A stretch of 64,000 bases of DNA, taken from NCBI GenBank assembly GCA_964628805.1, contig CAZVOK010000001.1:44504-108503 (forward strand), given 5' to 3'. The translations under genes and the position numbers were made by a program. The stretch is from an uncultured Candidatus Peribacteria bacterium. Lineage in GTDB: Bacteria; Patescibacteriota; Gracilibacteria; Peribacterales; Peribacteraceae. Below, piece by piece: positions 1-7,421 of this stretch. Every line of letters begins with the position of its first letter. The stretch's first letter is position 1. Below the pieces are notes generated by a model, which was not told where the DNA came from, ran no database searches, and saw nothing but the letters and a program-made list of their open reading frames with translations.

Positions 1-1
1 T

Positions 2-532
2 GCCGCCATTCACGACAAAGGCGAAGCGTTACAGGTGTACCGCCTCTTTGGGCGTGATACGGCAGCGGCATCGTTCCTGCATTCCGTCACCAAATACCTA
101 CCGAGTTGGGAGGAAGCCGACCATTGGAAATTGCAGGGCGGCAAATGGAGCAAGTTGCAGCGCGATGTGGAAGCACGCATGAAACGACATAGCAAACTAT
201 TGCCGATTCTGACGAAGGGCATTGCGTGGGAGGGTCGCCCTATTCTCATTCACGCTTACAAGTTCGATGCCGACCCCGTTATGAAAGTGGAGTTGGTATT
301 GCCCGAACATCAGAAAACCGTTCCCGAATTGCCATTGAAAGTCGTGGCCTCTGCGTTGCGTTGCCACGAAATGCTGGTACCCAAAGACATCGCAGCCGCG
401 AAGCCGCCGTATGAAAACCACGAGACAAAGTTCCTGACGATTCTTGAGTATGTGGAGAGGAATAGTCCCAAAGGACTCTATGCATCGCACCACCTACCAT
501 CCGCACCGACCTCTGCGCCAGACAGCGCCTAG
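2..532 (+). CDS. Hypothetical protein, 5' partial (reading frame open to the window edge)
   Basis: There is no stop codon in this frame from nt 2, and the ORF-track entry 35..532 is in the same frame. I recognise no motif. Confidence 0.4.
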   Translation, partial: AAIHDKGEALQVYRLFGRDTAAASFLHSVTKYLPSWEEADHWKLQGGKWSKLQRDVEARMKRHSKLLPILTKGIAWEGRPILIHAYKFDADPVMKVELVLPEHQKTVPELPLKVVASALRCHEMLVPKDIAAAKPPYENHETKFLTILEYVERNSPKGLYASHHLPSAPTSAPDSA

Positions 533-612
533 GGCGGGCATTCTTCCTTTTCGCGGATGGGAAGGCGGGATGCCCGTTCTAGGCGTTCTCATACCTCTTT
601 CCCCCCATCCTT

Positions 613-2238
613 ATGGCGCGCAAGGCCAAAAAGAAAATCCCTCGGAAACAGTACTGGATTGGATATTGCCGCAAATCCACTGATGATCCGAAAAAGCAGC
701 AAATGTCGTTGCCCGACCAAGAGAAGAAAATCCGCGAACATTACAATGCTCTGCCAATGGAGGATAAGGCGGGCAGGCCGCTCAAGATTCTTCCTCATGA
801 AAAGCGAAGTGCCTACAAGCCCAATAACCGACCTGTCTTCAATACCATGATGAAGATGGCCGATAATGGAGAGGTGTACGGCGTGCTGGCCGCACAGTCG
901 AATAGGGTCAGCCGCAATAGGCAGGAGAGCGGCATGTTTGAGCAGTACCTTGTAGATGGGCGTATCACGTATTTGGATGCTGTCGCAGATAATCGCCGCT
1001 ATAGCGGCCAGAACTCGGGCGATATATTCATGCTTGGAATTGAGGGCAGCAATAACTGGCGTGACAGTAAAGACAAAGGAACGGTCATCGGGCAGCGCAT
1101 GTACGAACGTGCAAAAGAGGGTAAGCACATGGGTCGCAAGCCGTTCGGCTTCAAGCCGCATTTGGAGATTGGCAAAGATGGCAGCGAAGTACGCAAGACG
1201 GTTGTGGATGAAGAGCGTTTGCCATGGGTTTATCAGATATTCCACTTGGCGGCTTCGGGCGCATACTCGCTGACGAAGCTGGAAGCGTGGGCACAGGATA
1301 AAAAGCGTCAGATTCGCATGCGTCCGACGAAAAAGCACCCCGAAGGCAAGCTGCTATCACGAACCGACATTGCGAACATGCTTCATGACCCGTATTACAA
1401 AGGCTATACGCCATACAAGGGTGGAATCCATCCGTGGACACCAGAACATGCCCCGATGGATGTGCCACCTATCAATGTAAACCTTTGGCAGCGCGCACAG
1501 CAAGCTTTGACAGAGCGCTCCAAAAGCTCTGCACGCCCGAAGACAGAAACGCTGCGGGAACTATTCGTCTGCGGCAGTCTCATAAAATGCGGACGCTGCG
1601 GGCATGTGTTGAGTCCCGAGCGAAAACTCAAGAAATCGAACAATAAAGAATACGTGTATTACTCCTGCAAGAACCCCCGCACAAAGTGCGGCATCTGCGT
1701 CCCGCAAGAAACATTGCTGGCGCAACTTCGGGAGAAAATTGAGCGTTTGGATTTGGCAAATGATGCAGTGGAACAAATCCGGCATGCGCTATTGAACTCA
1801 AACCAAGAACGCATGGAGAGCGACAAAGCATTCCGTAAAACGCTCAACAATGAATATGAAAGTATCAAGGTCACATTGGGCGCCCTATTCGAGCAACGTT
1901 CAACTGCGCAAAAAATGGGCTGCGCCGAAATCCTGGACAGCCGTATCAACGAACTGACCCAACGACATAACGAAGTGCAGCATCTTCTCAATGCGACCCA
2001 CGATGAAGGCAATCAATGGATTGAGCAGGTCATCAAGTGCTTCGAACTCCTGAAAATGGCGCGGGAGGTTCTGACCTTCGGTTCGTGGCTCACTCGGGAG
2101 GCAATGTTGAAGGCCGTCGCTTCGAACTATGCTTGGATCGACGGAAACCTAGTACTGGACTTGCGATCTCCGTTCAGGGAAGCCGCTCTTTCGAGCGAAC
2201 GTCCAGAATGGTGGAGCTTAGGGGATTCGAACCCCTGA
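613..2238 (+). CDS. Large serine recombinase/integrase
   Basis: 541 aa. The N-terminus has a resolvase-type catalytic Ser context (YWIGYCRKSTDD...RVSRN). A recombinase domain follows, then a Cys zinc-ribbon (CGRCGHVLSP...YYSCKNPRTKCGIC) and a C-terminal coiled coil. Confidence 0.85.
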   Translation: MARKAKKKIPRKQYWIGYCRKSTDDPKKQQMSLPDQEKKIREHYNALPMEDKAGRPLKILPHEKRSAYKPNNRPVFNTMMKMADNGEVYGVLAAQSNRVSRNRQESGMFEQYLVDGRITYLDAVADNRRYSGQNSGDIFMLGIEGSNNWRDSKDKGTVIGQRMYERAKEGKHMGRKPFGFKPHLEIGKDGSEVRKTVVDEERLPWVYQIFHLAASGAYSLTKLEAWAQDKKRQIRMRPTKKHPEGKLLSRTDIANMLHDPYYKGYTPYKGGIHPWTPEHAPMDVPPINVNLWQRAQQALTERSKSSARPKTETLRELFVCGSLIKCGRCGHVLSPERKLKKSNNKEYVYYSCKNPRTKCGICVPQETLLAQLREKIERLDLANDAVEQIRHALLNSNQERMESDKAFRKTLNNEYESIKVTLGALFEQRSTAQKMGCAEILDSRINELTQRHNEVQHLLNATHDEGNQWIEQVIKCFELLKMAREVLTFGSWLTREAMLKAVASNYAWIDGNLVLDLRSPFREAALSSERPEWWSLGDSNP

Positions 2239-2285
2239 CCTCTTCCATGCCATGGAAGCGCTCTAGCCAGCTGAGCTAAAGCCCC
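2209..2285 (-). tRNA. tRNA-Ala (anticodon GGC), CCA encoded
   Basis: I folded the reverse complement by hand as GGGGCTT TA GCTC AGCTGGCTA GAGC G CTTCC ATGGCAT GGAAG AGGTC AGGGG TTCGAAT CCCCT AAGCTCC A CCA. The G3:U70 Ala identity pair is present. Length 77 nt. Confidence 0.85.
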
Positions 2286-2299
2286 ACGCCGCGAAGCGG

Positions 2300-2370
2300 A
2301 AGTGATAAGTCCGAAGTGCCAAGTTCCAAGTATTATTTGGAACTTAGAACTTATGACTTGGAACTTTCTG
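2300..2370. repeat. Palindromic word-repeat element (AAGT/CCAAGT words); near-identical copy at 48259..48358
   Basis: The left arm aagtgataagtccgaagtgccaagttccaagt pairs with the right arm ttggaacttagaacttatgacttggaactt. Both arms match the 48.3-kb copy almost base for base. Confidence 0.8.
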
Positions 2371-2380
2371 CGAAGCAGAG

Positions 2381-2458
2381 TGGTGCGCCCGGCAGGATTT
2401 GAACCTACGACTTCCAGATCCGCAATCTGGCGTTCTATCCGGGCTGAACTACGGGCGC
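2381..2458 (-). tRNA. tRNA-Arg (anticodon GCG), CCA encoded
   Basis: I folded the reverse complement by hand as GCGCCCG TA GTTC AGCCCGGATA GAAC G CCAGA TTGCGGA TCTGG AAGTC GTAGG TTCAAAT CCTGC CGGGCGC A CCA. Length 78 nt. Confidence 0.8.
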
Positions 2459-2848
2459 ACGTAAGAATGAAACAAGGATCGAAAAATGCTCCCAGGAGCT
2501 GACAGACGGTACCATTGACCTTTTGGCAGCACAATGGCGATTTTACTACTTTATGGCTCTCAAATTATAAAATGCCCCATTTCCAAAGCGAATCGCTTCG
2601 TTTTTTATAGGGCTTTTCGGGGCAAATCTCTTCTTTAGAACTACTACGCCTGCGCCATCGACAGTGCGAGTGCCATCGGCACAACGAATGACATAACGAC
2701 AAATATTTTCTTCGCAACTGGCATAGAAAAATTTGGGGAAGACACAGGGCATTTTCCTAGCCTGGGGAGGGGGAAGCAATTGAGTGAGTGTGTAAAATGT
2801 AGACCAGTAGTCGTCTGTGTACAGAACTTCACATGATGGTTTTTGTCG

Positions 2849-3469
2849 TCAATTCTTCATGATCAGCTGTTCCACGGTGGCAATAGTCTCATTCAATTTT
2901 CCCTCCGGATTTTTCACAATGTGGTCGCACATTTTTGCGTACTCGAGTTCCTTGTGAGCGCTATCAATTCTTCTCTGTAATTCATCGCCGGTGGTAGGGG
3001 AGCGCTTCGTGATGTGCTGTATCAATTGCTCGATGCTTTCCGGGAAAATAAAGATGGATGTCATCTTGTAGAGTGAAGACTTTTCCTGGGTATTGAAGAG
3101 CACATGACGACGAATGCCATCGAACCCTTGTACATCTACTTCACGTACCACCACTTTGCCTTTTTGAATGTACGGAATAATTTCATCCACCAGTGTGCCG
3201 TAGCGTGCGCCGCCATGGACCGTAGCCCATTCCAAAAGTTTATCCTCTCGGAGCAGGGCATCAAACTCTTCCTCGGACACAAAGTCATACAGCTGCGTGC
3301 CTTCCTTGGGGCGCTTGGCACGAGTGGTGGCGGACTTCGGGAAATGCCATCCTTTATGCTTGCTGCGCAGGTGCCGCAAAATGGCACTTTTCCCTACTCC
3401 GCTGGGGCCTATGACTAAAACCAGTTTCCCTTCCTTTTTGGACGAAGAATGTGCGGCAGAGGCATCCAT
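2849..3469 (-). CDS. gmk: Guanylate kinase
   Basis: P-loop GPSGVGKS, plus SATTRAKRPKEGTQLYDFVSEEEF and EWATVHGGARYGT. The ORF track extends to 3511, but the ATG at 3469 (MDASAA...) fits the family length better. Confidence 0.9.
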   Translation of the reverse strand: MDASAAHSSSKKEGKLVLVIGPSGVGKSAILRHLRSKHKGWHFPKSATTRAKRPKEGTQLYDFVSEEEFDALLREDKLLEWATVHGGARYGTLVDEIIPYIQKGKVVVREVDVQGFDGIRRHVLFNTQEKSSLYKMTSIFIFPESIEQLIQHITKRSPTTGDELQRRIDSAHKELEYAKMCDHIVKNPEGKLNETIATVEQLIMKN

Positions 3470-3510
3470 GGCACAGATCCTAGCCTGCCTGCGTTTCCGT
3501 ATCCAGGGCA

Positions 3511-3539
3511 TTGCAAAAATGGCTCAAATTTGCTACAAT
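3511..3539 (+). promoter_or_regulatory. Sigma70-like promoter, TTGCAA-17 nt-TACAAT
   Basis: Read directly: ttgcaa (3511-3516), a 17-nt spacer, tacaat (3534-3539). It points away from gmk into an ORF-free structured region. Confidence 0.35.
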
Positions 3540-3610
3540 AATTGGATTTGCTCTTTAAAAACACTCTCCCACCTGAAGCAGCGAGAGGCTAGAAAGATCC
3601 GTCTTCTTAG

Positions 3611-3830
3611 CCCCTCCCTGCTTCCACCGCGGCTCGACACCGCGATAGGAGTTCCCTCCTGCGGAGGGATTCCACCTCACAAACACACACCACCCTGCTT
3701 CTGGGGTTCAGAAGCCTCGATGCCCGAAGTTCGGGCTACCTACACACATACACACGAGCCCTGCGTCTCCTGATACGCACGAAGGGTGGGGAGTCTGCAG
3801 CCTCGTCGACTGCAAACCGCCAACTCTTCG
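3611..3830. repeat. Array of diverse GC-rich hairpins separated by CA-rich spacers
   Basis: Hairpins include ccaccgcgg..ccgcgatagg, ccctcctgcggaggg, cttctggggttcagaag and gcccgaagttcgggc. The spacers are cacaaacacacac and ctacacacatacacac. The same module type occurs at 4112 and 15845. Confidence 0.6.
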
Positions 3831-3856
3831 GCCAAACTAGCTGAAGAAAGGCACTG

Positions 3857-3910
3857 CCCCGTACCATTCGGTCTTCCGGGGAAGATCGAATTGGTGCGGG
3901 GCTTTTTTGT
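3857..3910 (+). terminator. Rho-independent terminator
   Basis: A hairpin of about 20 bp (ccccgtaccattcggtcttc cggg gaagatcgaattggtgcgggg) is followed by cttttttgtacttctttttt. Confidence 0.7.
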
Positions 3911-3926
3911 ACTTCTTTTTTGCTTG

Positions 3927-3956
3927 GGGAGCAGGCTTTCTGCCTGCGGTCCCGTG
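3927..3956. repeat. GC-hairpin module, identical 30-mer at 58231..58260
   Basis: gggagcaggctttctgcctgcggtcccgtg occurs identically at both sites. Each copy lies just after an intrinsic terminator. Confidence 0.85.
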
Positions 3957-4111
3957 TCTTTGGGTAAATCCGAATATCGACCCTTCGGTCTGACTCAGGA
4001 TCTATCTCAGATAACTGGCGTGTAGAATTATGGGTCGTACTGAGCCAAGCCGAAGTACGAAATTCGAAGGAAATTCAAAACTTGGAAAATTTTTAAACAA
4101 ACAAAACAGCT

Positions 4112-4215
4112 CACACAAACATCTCCCTCCCGGCGGGAGGGATTAAGGGAGGGGATTCCTACTCCTATAAAATCATCGTGATCCACCGCGGGCTGGAAAC
4201 CCGCTCTGAGGGTGG
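4112..4215. repeat. CA-spacer plus hairpin module (copy of 15911..15974), followed by a second hairpin
   Basis: cacacaaacatctccctcccggcgggagggattaagggaggggattcctactcc is roughly 85 percent identical (by eye) to the 15.9-kb copy. The hairpin ccaccgcgggctggaaacccgctctgagggtgg follows. Confidence 0.7.
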
Positions 4216-4317
4216 TGGTTATTGATGTAGTAATGAGCATTCCTACTCAACAAAATCTGAACAAATTATGTGTACAATTATTTCCACAAGGATTACTATC
4301 TGCCTATACTCTCGCGA

Positions 4318-5310
4318 ATGCCACGCTCCAAGATCGCAGTACTCTACGTCGGCGGATCCATTGGGATGGTGATGAACCAGAAGACGGGGAGGATCGAGCC
4401 TATGGAATCCCTGGGGATGATCCACAAAGCTATTCCGGAAATGCAGAGGGAAGTGGCGCTGGATTTTTATTCCATCGATAACGTCGGTTCCTCCGAAGTG
4501 ACCCCGGAACACTGGGTGACTATCGCTTCCAAGATTGAGGAAATATACGAAGACTACGAGGGCTTTGTGGTGATCCATGGAACCAACACTATGACCTACA
4601 CTGCATCTGCTCTGAGTTTTGCACTGCAGAATTTACGAAAGCCTGTAGTGCTCACGGGAGCATTGCTACCACTCAACGACATCGCCGGAGATGGTCGTAT
4701 GAATTTGATCTTCGCCATCCGCGCCGCGCAGCTGGATATTGCCGAAGTGTGCGTGGCTCTGGGCCCCAAAGTCATCCGCGGTACGCGTGCGAAGAAAGTG
4801 GATGAGTCTCTACTGCAAACATTCGATAGCCCGCGTTTTCCCGCGCTTGCAGACTTCAGCACAGAGGTGCAACTGCATCCCTGGAGAATTGTCCGTCGCA
4901 AGAGAACACTCGAATGCAAACCTACGTTCGACCCCAATGTAGTGGTGGTAACTCTTACTCCGGGTATTCCTCAAAGCTATTTAGATTCTGTCATTGCCGC
5001 TAAGCCAAGCGGCATCGTGCTCCGTGTGTACGGCTCCGGAATGCTCTCGGAGCAAACATTCCCGTGGCTGCAGGAGCTGAAGAAACAGGGGATTCCCGTG
5101 GTGATCATTTCCCAGACACTTCGCGGAACGGTGGATCTGCAGCGTTACAGAAAACAAATTACCATCGAAGATTTGGGAGTGATCTCCGGAAAAAATATGA
5201 GTTTTGAATGTGCGCTCGTGAAACTCATGTGGGCCCTCACGCAATCCAAAACTCCGTCCAGACTCAGAGAGATCATGGAGCGGAGTTTGGTGGGGGAGCT
5301 GGATGAGTAG
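4318..5310 (+). CDS. L-asparaginase type I family protein (divergent catalytic motifs)
   Basis: IAVLYVGGSIGM, VIHGTNTMTYTASALSF and PVVLTGALLPL align to the AnsA/GatD-type asparaginase family. The ORF track starts at 4270; the ATG at 4318 is preceded by TATACT at a 7-nt distance. Confidence 0.8.
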   Translation: MPRSKIAVLYVGGSIGMVMNQKTGRIEPMESLGMIHKAIPEMQREVALDFYSIDNVGSSEVTPEHWVTIASKIEEIYEDYEGFVVIHGTNTMTYTASALSFALQNLRKPVVLTGALLPLNDIAGDGRMNLIFAIRAAQLDIAEVCVALGPKVIRGTRAKKVDESLLQTFDSPRFPALADFSTEVQLHPWRIVRRKRTLECKPTFDPNVVVVTLTPGIPQSYLDSVIAAKPSGIVLRVYGSGMLSEQTFPWLQELKKQGIPVVIISQTLRGTVDLQRYRKQITIEDLGVISGKNMSFECALVKLMWALTQSKTPSRLREIMERSLVGELDE

Positions 5311-5323
5311 TATTCCTCAATGA

Positions 5324-5509
5324 TTACTTCTTATAAGTTCTGCTTATAATTTCATCAACATGTACGGCAACTTCGGCAAGTTTTTTATCCAGTGTCGCAT
5401 TATGACGTTCTTCAGGGGATAAAATTCTTTTCTTCAGTCCTTCGCGAAAAGCATCTGTTTCTACCTGATCTTGCTCGTACCTGGAGCGTTCCCATGCGGT
5501 ATGAACCAT
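5324..5509 (-). CDS. Hypothetical small protein (61 aa)
   Basis: ORF track only. It is on the same strand as, and downstream of, the phosphomannomutase gene. No motif. Confidence 0.3.
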   Translation of the reverse strand: MVHTAWERSRYEQDQVETDAFREGLKKRILSPEERHNATLDKKLAEVAVHVDEIISRTYKK

Positions 5510-5577
5510 AGAATGAAATGGGGAAAAAGTGCGCGCATAGTAAACTCGCTTTGCAGGAAGGCAAGCGTTCGAAGCTC

Positions 5578-5745
5578 CTAGTCCTTCTTTTCTGCATCCT
5601 CTTGCGAAGATTCTTCATCGTCCTCATGCTTCTCCATCATTTTTTTACCTACTATGGAACCAATAGCTCCGCCGATGATTAAACCGACAACCACACGCTC
5701 TACGATGCGTTTTTTCTTCTTTTCACGTTTCTTGAAGGGCCACAT
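5578..5745 (-). CDS. Hypothetical small membrane protein (55 aa; below the ORF-track size cutoff)
   Basis: Hand translation gives MWPFKKREKKKKRIVERVVVGLIIGGAIGSIVGKKMMEKHEDDEESSQEDAEKKD. It has a basic N-terminus, one Gly-zipper-like TM segment and an acidic tail. Confidence 0.3.
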   Translation of the reverse strand: MWPFKKREKKKKRIVERVVVGLIIGGAIGSIVGKKMMEKHEDDEESSQEDAEKKD

Positions 5746-5800
5746 GGGGCAAGTATAGCAGAGGGTGGCGTGAGTGGGGGTGAATTTTTGTGTTTAAATA

Positions 5801-5860
5801 GGGGATTAGGGTTAGGGATTGGGGATTAGTATTTTTGTCATTCCTAACCCCTAACCCCTC
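5801..5860. repeat. GGGATT-word hairpin abutting the stop codon of the 5859..7235 gene
   Basis: The left arm ggggattagggttagggattggggattag pairs with the right arm cctaacccctaacccctc. Confidence 0.75.
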
Positions 5861-7235
5861 ACATAGTCACCTCCGGATACTTCCGCATCTCCGCCCACAC
5901 AATCTCCTCCACTTCCTTCAATTTCTCCAAACTCCGCGCCTCAATACAAACAGACAAACACGGACTCGTATTGCTCTGCCGGATTCCCGCCCACGCGCCG
6001 TCTCCAAAATCAACGCGCGCGCCATCCAGAGTATTCACAGGATAGTTCTTGGAAAACTCTGCAGTCAGCTCAGAAACAATTCGTGTCTTCTCACTGTCCG
6101 GACAAAAAGGACGTTTTTCTTCGGCTTGGAATACTGCGGGGAATTCTTTCACAATTGCGGAGAGGGGAGTATTGCCAATACTTTTCAGTACATTCAATGC
6201 TGCCACAAGTGCGTCATCGTACGAGAAATAATTTTCTCCGCAGAAAAAGTGACCGGATTGTTCTCCTCCCAAAGTAGCATTCACATCTCGCATCGCGTGT
6301 TCCACAAACGAGTGTCCCACTTTGCACATCACGGGATTCCCGCCCCATTTTTTTATTTCCGTTTCCAGTATTCCGGAGTTGCTCACGGTAAAGACCACGG
6401 GGAAACCGGGGTGCCGGGACAAGTGATCTTTGGCGAGCAGCAGCAGCACTTCATCCGCACTGCAGATGCGGCCGTTTTCATCCACCAGCCCCATACGGTC
6501 GCCATCGCCATCAAACGCGAATCCAAGTGATGCTTTTTTCTCTACTACTTCTTTCTGCAAATCTCTGAGTGTATCTCTCTTACTTGGGTCAGCCGGGTGA
6601 TTCGGAAATTCACCATCGGGTTCTATGAAGAGGCCATTCACGGTGCATCCCACTTGGCGCAAAACTTCTGTGTACACAGGCCCTGCCACTCCGTTCCCTC
6701 CGTCCACCACAATGGTTTTCCCAAGGCCAACACCCTGAAATAAATTTTCCAGCACCACGATGTACGGTGTGATGCCATCAATCACTTCCGCAGTTCCTTC
6801 GCCAGTCACAAAATTCTGATTCTCAATTCTTAGTCTGAGTGTCTGCAAATCTTCTCCGCTGTACGCCTCGGCGTCGCGCACTTGCAGTTTGATGCCATTA
6901 TCTTCTTTGGGATTATGGCTCGCCGTGATCTGAATGCCGCCGTCCAGATTCTGATTACAAATTGTAAAATAATTAATAGGACTCGGCGTCTGTCCGATGA
7001 GCAGGACATGACATCCGGTACTCATAAGCCCTTCCCGCATTGCGTTTTCCAGTAGTGGACTGTGAGTGCGTGCATCACGACCCAGTACCACTTTTGGATG
7101 CTCAGTTTTATACATCTCGCGCAGCACCGTTCCAAAGCCCTGACCAATCAGTCGGCAAGCTTCTTCGGTGAGTTGCGTGTGGGCTTTGCCACGGATGTCG
7201 TATGCCCGAAAAATATGAGGATCAATTAAAGTCAT
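5859..7235 (-). CDS. Phosphomannomutase/phosphoglucomutase
   Basis: Active-site motif TASHNP, metal-binding loop FDGDGDRMGLVD, and an N-terminal IFRAYDIRGK typical of the PMM/PGM family. 458 aa. Confidence 0.9.
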   Translation of the reverse strand: MTLIDPHIFRAYDIRGKAHTQLTEEACRLIGQGFGTVLREMYKTEHPKVVLGRDARTHSPLLENAMREGLMSTGCHVLLIGQTPSPINYFTICNQNLDGGIQITASHNPKEDNGIKLQVRDAEAYSGEDLQTLRLRIENQNFVTGEGTAEVIDGITPYIVVLENLFQGVGLGKTIVVDGGNGVAGPVYTEVLRQVGCTVNGLFIEPDGEFPNHPADPSKRDTLRDLQKEVVEKKASLGFAFDGDGDRMGLVDENGRICSADEVLLLLAKDHLSRHPGFPVVFTVSNSGILETEIKKWGGNPVMCKVGHSFVEHAMRDVNATLGGEQSGHFFCGENYFSYDDALVAALNVLKSIGNTPLSAIVKEFPAVFQAEEKRPFCPDSEKTRIVSELTAEFSKNYPVNTLDGARVDFGDGAWAGIRQSNTSPCLSVCIEARSLEKLKEVEEIVWAEMRKYPEVTM

Positions 7236-7250
7236 GTAAAAATGGGGAAA

Positions 7251-7320
7251 GCGCGGCCTGCCAACCGTAGCTCAGCCGCAGCGAGCGAAGGTTGGAAGAT
7301 GTGGGGGTCGAGGGTGGGCA
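7251..7320. repeat. GC-hairpin module (ccaacc..ggttgg variant of the module found at 43730 and 58510)
   Basis: gcctgccaaccgtagctcagccgcagcgagcgaaggttgg parallels cccaccgtagctccagagagcgaaggtggg (43.7 kb) and ccctccgtagtccacagacgaaggaggg (58.5 kb). Confidence 0.6.
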
Positions 7321-7421
7321 TGAATGTGAAGAAAAGAATGACTGATTATTGCATTTTTTTTAGGTATAGAGGCTATCTATTAAAGTTGACTTATTTCAAT
7401 TTACAATTAAAGTATTAATTA

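Larger units (their letters stand above)
1..2238 (+). mobile_element. Right-hand end of an integrated element (prophage/ICE-like), partial at the window edge. It ends with a large serine recombinase abutting tRNA-Ala.
   Basis: The recombinase gene is the last gene before a tRNA and overlaps the tRNA 3' end by 30 nt. The upstream orphan ORF is open at the window edge. The other end of the element is not in the window. Confidence 0.45.
3546..3912 (+). ncRNA. Candidate non-coding RNA of unknown class (promoter-to-terminator unit of about 365 nt)
   Basis: The region is bounded by the promoter at 3511 and a strong intrinsic terminator at 3857-3910. It has no credible ORF and is packed with GC hairpins. 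I found no tmRNA, RNase P or SRP signature. Confidence 0.2.

Noticed and set aside
3546-3912. tmRNA, RNase P RNA or SRP RNA identity for the structured ORF-free unit
   Set aside because: I found no tRNA-like T-arm or CCA end, and no tag ORF. The P4 consensus GAGGAAAGUCC / ACAGAA is absent; only a weak gaagaaaggc occurs, at the wrong end. There is no SRP domain IV motif. The unit is kept only as an unclassified ncRNA candidate.
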